Shown here piece after piece: positions 52,356 to 61,589 of a stretch of 64,000 nucleotides of DNA (the stretch's first letter is position 1; each line of letters begins with the position of its first letter). The position numbers were made by a program, and so were the translations under genes. Origin of the DNA: Porphyromonas sp. (GTDB lineage: Bacteria > Bacteroidota > Bacteroidia > Bacteroidales > Porphyromonadaceae); assembly GCA_034181285.1 (NCBI GenBank), contig JAXFND010000002.1, forward strand, positions 104,379 to 168,378. Direction: 5' to 3'. The notes under the pieces were generated by a model. It saw only the letters and a list, made by a program, of their open reading frames with translations. It had not been told where the DNA came from and did not search any database.

Positions 52356-52386
52356 CCAATCATAAAATATCTAATCTCACATCGCT

Positions 52387-53382
52387 ATGACAGCAACTTC
52401 TACTCCTATCGTGACCAAGAAAGATTCGATTCAGACGGTCCTACGAGATCTCTTATTCATGTTCATGGGTGTCGCTGCCTATACTTTTGGTTGGACAGCT
52501 TTCATCCTATCGCAAGACGTAACTTCCGGAGGACTGGCCGGTATCACCACAATCATCCAAATCGCTACCAACATACCGGCAACAATCCCTTACAACATCA
52601 TTAACGTTGGGTTGCTGGTTCTCTCTCTTATCTTTCTGGGATGGAAGTTCTCCCTCAAGACAGTTCTCGGTGTAGGGATGTTGGCTTTCACCATACCTGT
52701 GGGACAAGCCCTCTTCACCCCGACCGATACCGCCCAGGGGTTGCAGATCTACCAAAATTTGCCCGACTTCGTTACCAGCACGATTCCTCATGTAGGCCCA
52801 ATGCTCACTAACGAACCTTTCGTGGCCCTTTTCATTGGTTCTATTTTCTGTGGGATAGGATTGGGATTCGTATTCTCTGTTAACGGTAGTACAGGGGGGA
52901 CAGACGTTGTCGTAGCAATCATCAATAAGTACCGAAACATCTCTTTGGGGCGTGCAATGATCATGGTCGATACCGTTATCATTGTCACTGGCTGTATCGT
53001 GAGCCACTACTTCGGCCCCCAATATTCTTGGAGCGTGGCTATCGGCAAACTAGCATTCTCTGTTGTTGAAATATTGGTCGTAGCACAAACCCTAGACTTC
53101 TACATGAATAGCAATCGTCAGTCTGTTCAATTCTTGATCTTTAGCCTCAAATATGAGGAGATCAACGAGGCTATCACCAAGCGACTGCAACGGGGCTGTA
53201 CAATACTGGAAGCTCAAGGAGGATACAGTCGCCAACCAGCTAAAGTTTTGATGGTAGTAGCACGGAAAAATATGTCTGTACCTATTCACAGAATTGTGCG
53301 CGAGATTGATCCAAAAGCCTTCGTATCCGAAGCTCGGGTTCGGGGTGTGTATGGAGAGGGATTTGATGCTCTAAACAAATAA
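52387..53382 (+). CDS. YitT-family membrane protein (DUF2179-type C-terminal domain)
   Basis: Five or six TM helices plus a soluble C-terminal domain ..ILEAQGGYS....VVARKN...V. Confidence 0.65.
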   Translation: MTATSTPIVTKKDSIQTVLRDLLFMFMGVAAYTFGWTAFILSQDVTSGGLAGITTIIQIATNIPATIPYNIINVGLLVLSLIFLGWKFSLKTVLGVGMLAFTIPVGQALFTPTDTAQGLQIYQNLPDFVTSTIPHVGPMLTNEPFVALFIGSIFCGIGLGFVFSVNGSTGGTDVVVAIINKYRNISLGRAMIMVDTVIIVTGCIVSHYFGPQYSWSVAIGKLAFSVVEILVVAQTLDFYMNSNRQSVQFLIFSLKYEEINEAITKRLQRGCTILEAQGGYSRQPAKVLMVVARKNMSVPIHRIVREIDPKAFVSEARVRGVYGEGFDALNK

Positions 53383-53411
53383 GATCGGCCCAAACAAGAA
53401 GGTAGCTCTTG

Positions 53412-53470
53412 ATCGAGAGGCGACCATCTCACAGCCATTGAATATGGGAGATGGTCGCCTCTCGATTTTA
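53412..53470 (+). terminator. Rho-independent terminator
   Basis: 19-bp perfect stem ATCGAGAGGCGACCATCTC/GAGATGGTCGCCTCTCGAT, then TTTTA. Confidence 0.7.
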
Positions 53471-53670
53471 GGCTCTGCCAGGGGGTAGCTTTCACGGGAA
53501 GTAATAAGGAACAAAGAACAGGGGTGTAGTAGAGAATTACGGCGAGGGTTCTAGATCCTCAGTAAAAGCCACAGAAATGCACGAATTTGCATCTGCTGCC
53601 ATCACCCTAAAGGCTATCTTGTTCGATTAGCTCTTCGGAAAACTCCTCTTGTCTCATCTTGGGAAAGATG

Positions 53671-53678
53671 TACCTTTG
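53671..53678 (+). promoter_or_regulatory. -7 promoter box (TACCTTTG) for the rhomboid operon
   Basis: Exact TAnnTTTG about 95 nt upstream of the ATG at 53774. Confidence 0.45.
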
Positions 53679-53773
53679 CTTGCGGGTGCGAAGCGGGTTC
53701 CCAAGGAAGGATCTCGCATAAGCGTCCCCTTTGTCGGATATGTGGTGCACACAATTCAAGCAATCAGAATCAT

Positions 53774-54499
53774 ATGAACAGTAGATTTTACTCCAATATC
53801 AGCAACCTTGTACCCCCCATCACGAAGCATCTGATTTTGATCAATATTATGATGTGGATTGCCTCCATTGTAATGTCCCGAGTGGGGGTTGATTTAGTGG
53901 ATATTTTGGGTCTTCATTATGTGGAGGCACCCAAATTCTACCTGTTTCAATTGGCAACAAACATGTTTCTTCACAGCACAGATAGTGTCTCTCATCTCTT
54001 TTTCAATATGTTCTCTTTGTGGATGTTTGGGAGAGCCATTGAGCAATATTGGGGAGGCAGTCGATTTCTACTTTTCTACTTAGTTTGCGGTGTATCCGCC
54101 TCCCTGCTGCAAGAATTAGTTTGGTACTTCGAATGCAGGAGCTTTCCGGAAATAATTTCGGTGATAAACCACTATGGTTTAGAGGAAATTCCCCGAGCAG
54201 AATTTCTGAACGGGATCTTAGCTGTAGGGGCATCGGGGGCTGTTTTCGGGTTATTGCTCGCTTTCGGCATGTTGTTTCCCAATGCCAGTATTTACCTCTT
54301 CTTCATCCCTGTTCCTATCAAAGCGAAATACTTTGTCGTAGGTTATGGACTTTTGGAACTGTTCTTTGGAATTCGGAGTGCCATGCCCGATAGTTCGGAC
54401 AGTGTAGCTCACTTCGCACATCTTGGAGGCATGATTGGTGGTTTGTTGTTGATCCTCATTTGGAGACGGAAAGGAAAGATCGATGGCCCGTTCGTTTGA
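53774..54499 (+). CDS. Rhomboid-family intramembrane serine protease
   Basis: GASGAVFGLL (GxSG) and AHLGGMIGG catalytic His region. Confidence 0.75.
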   Translation: MNSRFYSNISNLVPPITKHLILINIMMWIASIVMSRVGVDLVDILGLHYVEAPKFYLFQLATNMFLHSTDSVSHLFFNMFSLWMFGRAIEQYWGGSRFLLFYLVCGVSASLLQELVWYFECRSFPEIISVINHYGLEEIPRAEFLNGILAVGASGAVFGLLLAFGMLFPNASIYLFFIPVPIKAKYFVVGYGLLELFFGIRSAMPDSSDSVAHFAHLGGMIGGLLLILIWRRKGKIDGPFV

Positions 54500-55304
54500 T
54501 CGTCACTACCGAGTCTGGTCCCTACTCGATAGGATCAGATATACCCCTTTTGCCATCGTAGCTCTTCTCATCCTGCTTACCTTAGTCCTCTTCCCCGTTG
54601 GCCTAAACATGGGGTTCAATCGCATTGGAGAATCACTAGGATTCTTGCCAGATATCTATTCTCTGGAGTATAAACAGTGGGGGATATTCACCTACATGTG
54701 GATCCACAACAGCCCGTGGCACTTGATTGTGAATGTCTCATTACTCTATCCTCTTGCCCAAGTTTTTGTACGCAGATACAGTAACCGATTCTTCTGGATC
54801 AGCTTCATTGGGGGAGGTATTGCTGGTGGGGCAATCTATACTCTTTGCTACACACTGCTTCGTACGGGACTGAAAACAAGTTTTCTTCCTTTGCCTCTCT
54901 TAGGGTCATCAGCAGCGATCCTTTGTATTTTCGCCATACTATCCTTCGGAGGCATATCCATTTCTGTACAGTTACCCGTTTGGGGGAAGTTGCAAATAAG
55001 AAGTATCGGTTACATCGTTGCGGGGTTAATTTTTCTGGAATTTGTGGGAAGTACTACGGGGATATTATCCAATCATTTGGGGTCTGCATCGGCTCATTCG
55101 GGGGGGATGTTAGCCGGGTACCTGATAGCTTGGTTCGACAAACGAAATAGGCGAATATCGGAACGGGGAAAAGCCATCCAAACCCAGTTCCAAACAGAGA
55201 GACAAGCCATATTGAACAAAATTCGACAGTCTGGATACAGCAGCCTTAACTCATCGGAAAAAGAGATCCTACTAAATCGAAACAGAGATGTCCAAAAGAG
55301 GTAA
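54483..55304 (+). CDS. Rhomboid-family protein (second paralog)
   Basis: GSSAAILCIF and AHSGGMLAGY motifs. Overlaps the upstream gene. Confidence 0.65.
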   Translation: MARSFDRHYRVWSLLDRIRYTPFAIVALLILLTLVLFPVGLNMGFNRIGESLGFLPDIYSLEYKQWGIFTYMWIHNSPWHLIVNVSLLYPLAQVFVRRYSNRFFWISFIGGGIAGGAIYTLCYTLLRTGLKTSFLPLPLLGSSAAILCIFAILSFGGISISVQLPVWGKLQIRSIGYIVAGLIFLEFVGSTTGILSNHLGSASAHSGGMLAGYLIAWFDKRNRRISERGKAIQTQFQTERQAILNKIRQSGYSSLNSSEKEILLNRNRDVQKR

Positions 55305-56409
55305 AAAAACAAATACTACCGCCAAGCTGCTGTCCAAGGCCGGAGGGCGTGTGATGCTTTTTATCTGCATAGGAATCAATGTTTTCTATTTGCTGGCAGT
55401 GCTCAGCCCCTATTTGTCCGGGAGGTTGGTACTGCCTTCTTTGTTGGGATTAGCCTTCCCGCTCACCCTCTTATTAGAATTATTCGTTTTAGCCTATTGG
55501 CTGTTATCTCGCAAATGGGTTTGGGTGACAATAAATCTATTGTTGTTGCTATCAGCCTACGATGCTGTGCACACTATTTTCCCCATGAACTCGCCCCGCA
55601 CAGTTCCCGTTCAGGACTCAATCACCATTGTTTCCTACAATGTGAGTGCTTTCGGTTTTGTTGAACATACCCGTTCAACGCCCAATCCCATTTTAAAGTA
55701 CCTGAAAGAGACTGGTGCCGACATTGTCTGCCTTCAAGAGTCTCGCTTCTCAACATTTAACTTGAGCGAGATGAAATCCTATCTCCCGCTGTATAAGTAC
55801 ACTCATTCAGATCATGCACAACCGGATCGAGGATCACGTCTAACGATCCTATCCAAATGGCCTATACAAGAGCAGGAACGCATCGCCTATCCCTCCCGTT
55901 TCAATGGGTCAATAGCTTATCAAATAATGGTGAGAGGACGTAACATACTGGTAATTAATAACCATCTGGAGAGCTTTAAACTTTCAGAACAAGATCAAAA
56001 AAGCTACTCTCGCTTAGCTAAGCAAGGAGAGGCTAAATTGTTATCCTATTCGGTAGCTCGAAAGTTAATTCCAGCTTTCGCAACTAGGGCGGCCCAAGCC
56101 GAACGTGTAGCTAAGTACGTGGCAGAGCACAAGGACTTACCCGTGATCTCTTGTGGAGACTTTAATGACACACCTCTCTCTTATACTCGCCACTGCATGA
56201 GTCAAGGACTAAAGGACGCCTTCAAAGAAAGTGGCTACGGCTTAGGCTTATCATTTCATTCGTCTTACAGTAAATACATTCGTGCAAGGTTAGATTATAT
56301 CCTTTACTCTTCTGCATTTGAATCAGCTCGGTGCAAAGTTGACAACTCAATCAAAATCAGCGACCACTACCCTATTGTCGCGACATTGTATTTCCCCGAA
56401 CACCATTGA
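55288..56409 (+). CDS. Membrane-anchored endonuclease/exonuclease/phosphatase (EEP) family protein
   Basis: N-terminal TM helices. EEP motifs SYNV, DIVCLQE, GDFNDTP, SDHYPI. Confidence 0.7.
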   Translation: MSKRGKKTNTTAKLLSKAGGRVMLFICIGINVFYLLAVLSPYLSGRLVLPSLLGLAFPLTLLLELFVLAYWLLSRKWVWVTINLLLLLSAYDAVHTIFPMNSPRTVPVQDSITIVSYNVSAFGFVEHTRSTPNPILKYLKETGADIVCLQESRFSTFNLSEMKSYLPLYKYTHSDHAQPDRGSRLTILSKWPIQEQERIAYPSRFNGSIAYQIMVRGRNILVINNHLESFKLSEQDQKSYSRLAKQGEAKLLSYSVARKLIPAFATRAAQAERVAKYVAEHKDLPVISCGDFNDTPLSYTRHCMSQGLKDAFKESGYGLGLSFHSSYSKYIRARLDYILYSSAFESARCKVDNSIKISDHYPIVATLYFPEHH

Positions 56410-56708
56410 GTGTAACTTTCCCTCCAAGGACTTAAGATAAAAGGGCCTCCACAAATTGGATTGCATACTCAGTCGCTCTCATTCTCGAATTGGAATTGGC
56501 GTATGGCAAAATGGAGTTCATAGAGGTATTCTTGTTCTACATGCCGAGGGTTCGCTCTTGCCATGCCTTATTTTCACATGGCGTTCTAATCGAGTAACTG
56601 ACAACCTTCAACTAAAACAGAGACTGACTCTCCAAAACCAGAGGATACACCAGCCTTCAAGAAAGCCTTCCCTTTCCATCTGAAAAGGGCACGGGAAAGA
56701 GATTTAGA

Positions 56709-56780
56709 CACAACGCGTCAGAAAAGTTGCTCCTTCACGTCAAAAATTTAGCTTCTTCCCCATACCGTACTTTTCCTTTC
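56709..56780 (+). repeat. Periodic ACGT-core minisatellite (locus E, upstream of cas4)
   Basis: CACAACGCGTCAGAAAAGTTGC | TCCTTCACGTCAAAAATTTAGC | TTCTTCCCCATACCGTACTTTTC. Confidence 0.45.
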
Positions 56781-56935
56781 CATCAAAGCAAGTATCAGAT
56801 AACACAACCAGTCCTCCAAGCAACGCCCTAAATCCGACACAAAAACCCATGTCAGTTTTTACTAAGACTATATTTAGTCCATATTTATTTTGAGTGGTAT
56901 TTAATTTTAATTTTGTTTTTACAATTTATTTCGTA

Positions 56936-56943
56936 TACATTTG
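56936..56943 (+). promoter_or_regulatory. -7 promoter box (TACATTTG) for cas4-cas1-cas2
   Basis: Exact TAnnTTTG about 29 nt upstream of the cas4 ATG, preceded by a very AT-rich stretch. Confidence 0.5.
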
Positions 56944-56971
56944 CGACCAAAGAGATAAACACAAAACGAAA

Positions 56972-57517
56972 ATGGATAAGCCAAACAAAATACACCCACC
57001 CTCCATCACGAGAATAACAGGTGTTCATTTCAACTATTACCAAGTATGTCACAGAAAACTTTGGCTCATGTCTTCCGGAATAACCATGGAACATAACTCA
57101 GATCTGGTACTCGAGGGAAAATTAATTCACGCATCAGCCTACCCTCAACGTCCCGACAGATATGAAGAACTTGAAATAGACGGCATTAAAGTGGACTTTT
57201 ACGATCCCCTAAATAAGGTCGTACACGAAATAAAAAAATCCAATGTAATCTCACAGGCACATCGCCTTCAATTACTCTACTACCTCTATGTCCTAGATCG
57301 AAATGGTATCCATGGAGTAACAGGAATATTGGAGTATCCGATACTCAGAAGACGGGAAGAGGTATTTCTGGCCGATGCAGACAAAAGGTATATTGAAGAG
57401 ACCGAACAAAAAATCCGCCAAATCATTCATCAAAAGGAGTGCCCGCAAAAAATCAACTCCAAAATTTGCAAGAAATGTAGCTACTACGAATTCTGTTTTT
57501 CAGGTGAAGAATTATGA
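56972..57517 (+). CDS. cas4: CRISPR-associated exonuclease Cas4
   Basis: N-terminal Cys (YYQVCHRKLW) plus C-terminal CPQKINSKICKKCSYYEFC Fe-S cysteines. Start moved to MDKPNK. Confidence 0.8.
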   Translation: MDKPNKIHPPSITRITGVHFNYYQVCHRKLWLMSSGITMEHNSDLVLEGKLIHASAYPQRPDRYEELEIDGIKVDFYDPLNKVVHEIKKSNVISQAHRLQLLYYLYVLDRNGIHGVTGILEYPILRRREEVFLADADKRYIEETEQKIRQIIHQKECPQKINSKICKKCSYYEFCFSGEEL

Positions 57518-58533
57518 AAAAGACATACTATCTATTTAACTCCGGAGAGTTAGTTAGAAAAGACAACTCCCTCTGCTTTATCCCTTCTAATTCCGAGGAT
57601 AGTAAATGCGACGAATCCAATAGGCAAGTTCGCCACATTCCAGTTGAAGCCGTCAGTGACTTCTATGTTTTTGGTACTCTTAAAGCGAATAGTAGCCTGT
57701 ACAACTTCCTCGGCAAAAACGACATCGCTGTCCATTTCTTTGACTATTACGAAAACTACACCGGATCATTTATGCCTCGAGATTTTCTACTCTCGGGCAA
57801 AATGCTCCTATCTCAAACAGCTGCCTACAGAAACAAAAAGAAGCGAGTACAATTGGCGAGAAAGTTTGTATCCGGAGCTGCGTTCAACATGCAAAAGAAC
57901 TTGGCTTATTACAGCAATCGAGGAAAGGATACAGTCCCCATGATCGAACTGATCAATAAATACTCATCTCGCCTAGATGAAACCTCCTCTATAGAAAGTC
58001 TCATGGGAACAGAAGGTAATATTAGACAGGCCTACTATGATGCTTTCAACTTGATCATAGATCCGTTTGTGATGGGAACTCGGAGTAAACAACCTCCACT
58101 GAATGAGGTAAATGCACTCATCTCTTTCGGAAATATGATCTGCTATACCGTATGCCTTAAGGCTATACATCAAACGCAACTTAACCCTACAATAAGTTTC
58201 CTTCACACTCCTGGGGAGAGAAGATATTCCCTTTGTCTAGATATTGCTGAAATATTCAAGCCCATACTTGTGGATCGCACAATATTCAGAACTGTAAATA
58301 AGCGAATCATACAAGCCAAACATTTTGAAAAGCATTTGAATCGTTGTGTCCTGACTCCCTCTGGCAAAAAACTGTTTGTACAAGCTTTTGAGCAAAGACT
58401 CGATGAAACAATCCAACACAGAAAGCTAGGACGTTCAGTGAGCTACAAACATTTGGTTAAACTTGAATGCTACAAGATAGCAAAAGATATACTTGGCATC
58501 GAAGAGTACCTCCCTTTTAAAATGTATTGGTAA
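57514..58533 (+). CDS. cas1: CRISPR-associated integrase Cas1
   Basis: 339 aa with ATGA overlap with cas4. Typical YLFNSGELVRKDNSL start and conserved FLHTPGERRYSLCLDIAEIFKP region. Confidence 0.9.
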   Translation: MKKTYYLFNSGELVRKDNSLCFIPSNSEDSKCDESNRQVRHIPVEAVSDFYVFGTLKANSSLYNFLGKNDIAVHFFDYYENYTGSFMPRDFLLSGKMLLSQTAAYRNKKKRVQLARKFVSGAAFNMQKNLAYYSNRGKDTVPMIELINKYSSRLDETSSIESLMGTEGNIRQAYYDAFNLIIDPFVMGTRSKQPPLNEVNALISFGNMICYTVCLKAIHQTQLNPTISFLHTPGERRYSLCLDIAEIFKPILVDRTIFRTVNKRIIQAKHFEKHLNRCVLTPSGKKLFVQAFEQRLDETIQHRKLGRSVSYKHLVKLECYKIAKDILGIEEYLPFKMYW

Positions 58534-58796
58534 TGTACGTTATCTTAGTATATGACATTGGGCAAAAGCGTGTAGGTAAAATGCTCAAACTGTGCAGAAA
58601 ATATCTAAACTGGATTCAGAACTCAGTATTTGAAGGTGAAATAACCCCGAGTAAATTGTTGGAGTTAAAGTGTATTGCTTCAGAAATACTGAAAAAAGAG
58701 GAAGATAGCTTGATCATATTTTCCTCTAGACAAAATCGTTGGCTAGAAAAAGAGATCATCGGAAAAGAATTAGGCAAAGTCGATATATTTTTGTGA
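58527..58796 (+). CDS. cas2: CRISPR-associated endoribonuclease Cas2
   Basis: 89 aa with MYVILVYDI...NWIQNSVFEG pattern. Overlaps the cas1 stop. Confidence 0.85.
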   Translation: MVMYVILVYDIGQKRVGKMLKLCRKYLNWIQNSVFEGEITPSKLLELKCIASEILKKEEDSLIIFSSRQNRWLEKEIIGKELGKVDIFL

Positions 58797-59024
58797 CCCA
58801 CGACTGTAGTGATGTCTAATATATTACCTCGTCGCACCCTCTTTCGGGTGCCAGTGAGTGATACTTTTTTATGCAAAGCGATCTTTGAAATACTTGGTAC
58901 ACAGAGATATAGTAAGGTCGTCGTTACCTCCCAATTTTAGTTGAACCGGATATCGACAACTTTTCGAAGACAAAAAGGACTTACCAACTTCCCCTAACTC
59001 CCTTTCTGACAAGGAGAAAAACCG

Positions 59025-59032
59025 TACCTTTG
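59025..59032 (+). promoter_or_regulatory. CRISPR leader -7 promoter box (TACCTTTG)
   Basis: Exact TAnnTTTG ending 5 nt before the first repeat. Confidence 0.55.
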
Positions 59033-59037
59033 CACGG

Positions 59038-61127
59038 GTCTCAATCGAACTACTCTAGAATTTAAAGAATCGACGCGGACGCGGCTCTCTTCGCTCTCGA
59101 CAAGTCTCAATCGAACTACTCTAGAATTTAAAGGAAGTCGCAACGACGGGGGTGTCGTCCGTGTTCCGGTCTCAATCGAACTACTCTAGAATTTAAAGTT
59201 GCAGCAGCTCCATGGAGACCTTGCGGAGCTTGATTGTCTCAATCGAACTACTCTAGAATTTAAAGAACTTGTCCTTGATCCAATCTGCGTCGATCTCAAA
59301 GTCTCAATCGAACTACTCTAGAATTTAAAGTTGATTGATCGGCTAACGCTTTCGGAGAATAAGTCCGTCTCAATCGAACTACTCTAGAATTTAAAGCACT
59401 TCGCGATAACAGCGATCGCGGCGTCCTTTTTCGTCTCAATCGAACTACTCTAGAATTTAAAGGAAATGCTCGACATTCATACTCCAAGTGGAAATTTTGT
59501 CTCAATCGAACTACTCTAGAATTTAAAGCATATCCGAGTTTGTTGTCGGTAGCGTCTACAAGACAGTCTCAATCGAACTACTCTAGAATTTAAAGTCCGA
59601 ACTCGTAAAAGTGTGCGTACGTTGGTTGTCTTGTCTCAATCGAACTACTCTAGAATTTAAAGTGGGAAGAGTCTAAGTCCGATATTTGGGTGAGATCTGT
59701 CTCAATCGAACTACTCTAGAATTTAAAGTCTCAATCGCCATCCGGAAAGCGTTATACTGCGTCTTGTCTCAATCGAACTACTCTAGAATTTAAAGCTAGC
59801 TCGGTTGTGTCGAATGGTAGACGCCATGCGGTGTCTCAATCGAACTACTCTAGAATTTAAAGGTTTCATCTTTCTTATTGCCTTATCGCTGTCTGTTAGT
59901 CTCAATCGAACTACTCTAGAATTTAAAGCTTGGCAAGAGCTATTAGTCTTTATTCTTCGTATGCGTCTCAATCGAACTACTCTAGAATTTAAAGACTATT
60001 AGCCAAATGACGCTCCAGCCTGGTCCGCATGGTCTCAATCGAACTACTCTAGAATTTAAAGATATCCATCACGAATACTTGGTGCCGGTGCGTCAATAGT
60101 CTCAATCGAACTACTCTAGAATTTAAAGATCTCTTTCACCGCTTCGGCTCCGAGATCATCGCCCAGTCTCAATCGAACTACTCTAGAATTTAAAGTATTG
60201 GACGATTTAGCGAGGCCGCGGGCCCACATGAGTCTCAATCGAACTACTCTAGAATTTAAAGTTCTCCTTATCTCTCACTACAAATATACGTCACTTTTGT
60301 CTCAATCGAACTACTCTAGAATTTAAAGAGTATCACTGCGGTTGGTACATGATGGGAGCGGATGGTGTCTCAATCGAACTACTCTAGAATTTAAAGCGAA
60401 TGAGGCTCTCTCAAATCCTTCTGTCGCAGCAGTAGTCTCAATCGAACTACTCTAGAATTTAAAGACCATCGATCACCAAGCGACTGAGCTCATCTACATA
60501 GTCTCAATCGAACTACTCTAGAATTTAAAGGTGATGCTTCTAAGTGTCTCATATTCATTTTTAACCGGTCTCAATCGAACTACTCTAGAATTTAAAGATC
60601 TTCGAGAAGTTAATGAACATATTCGAAAAGTTAAGTCTCAATCGAACTACTCTAGAATTTAAAGATCACAAGCTCGAAAATAAGTTTTTTATCTGCTTTG
60701 GGTCTCAATCGAACTACTCTAGAATTTAAAGATCACAAGCTCGAAAATAAGTTTTTTATCTGCTTTGGGTCTCAATCGAACTACTCTAGAATTTAAAGAG
60801 ACAATGGACGTGTCTTGGCAACATTCTCGTAGTCGTCTCAATCGAACTACTCTAGAATTTAAAGTCAGGAGCACTTTCTGCAATTGCAAGGCTCAGGAGT
60901 GGTCTCAATCGAACTACTCTAGAATTTAAAGTCTACATTTGCGACCACAAGAGGCTCGCCGATCGGCGTCTCAATCGAACTACTCTAGAATTTAAAGTCG
61001 CTTATCGCTTTGATATACTCCATGTCGCGGTCGTCTCAATCGAACTACTATAGAATTTAAAGGTGGTCGCGATGACGGGGGTGTCGTCCGTGTTCCGGTC
61101 TCAATCGAACTACTCTAGAATTTAAAG
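59038..61127 (+). CRISPR. CRISPR array of 32 x 30-nt repeats (GTCTCAATCGAACTACTCTAGAATTTAAAG) and 31 spacers of 35-38 nt
   Basis: Repeat starts counted by hand from 59038 to 61098, period 65-68 nt. One variant repeat at 61033 (C18 to A). Confidence 0.97.
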
Positions 61128-61202
61128 AAAAAACAATCGTGGTAACTAACTTGCCCCCCCACTCGGGGGGCTCTCAAAATCACACAAGAGACATCCGACA
61201 CA

Positions 61203-61589
61203 ATGCGATATACAATAACTAACATACGAGAGCAAAAAGGAGGCAAAGCTGTACTACAGCTCACAGACGAGCGCGGCGAAGAATACGCAATCAATACGAC
61301 AGTCGAAAGTCTAAAAGTACTCGCCAACATCTTGCAAAAAACGACACTAAAGCATGTCAATATCGACAGTCTTCAGCTGCGATTGTGGCGTGCGGCTCGA
61401 CTGATCAAGCGCAAAAGATTGCTGTTAGACATACCACCACGCAAGACAAGCATCAGTCATCAACGCTTGTACTTGCTCGAGAGCGGCAAAAGTACAACAG
61501 CCAACACCGCGCTCACGGTCGCTATCGCGACTGGCATACCGCTCTACTTAGAGTCTCCTGACATCAGTGATCGAGTAGAGTACATATAA
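61203..61589 (+). CDS. Small protein with C-terminal XRE-like HTH (phage regulator-like)
   Basis: ISHQRLYLLESGKSTTANTALTVAIATGIPLY resembles an XRE HTH. The N-terminal ~50 aa are not recognisable. Confidence 0.4.
   Translation: MRYTITNIREQKGGKAVLQLTDERGEEYAINTTVESLKVLANILQKTTLKHVNIDSLQLRLWRAARLIKRKRLLLDIPPRKTSISHQRLYLLESGKSTTANTALTVAIATGIPLYLESPDISDRVEYI

Noticed and set aside
59296-60002. ORF-track entries inside the CRISPR array (59296..59505, 59783..59971, 59805..60002) with recurring LNSRVVRLR / LNRTTLEFK peptides
   Set aside because: The recurring peptides are translations of the 30-nt repeat. These are artefacts of the array, not genes.
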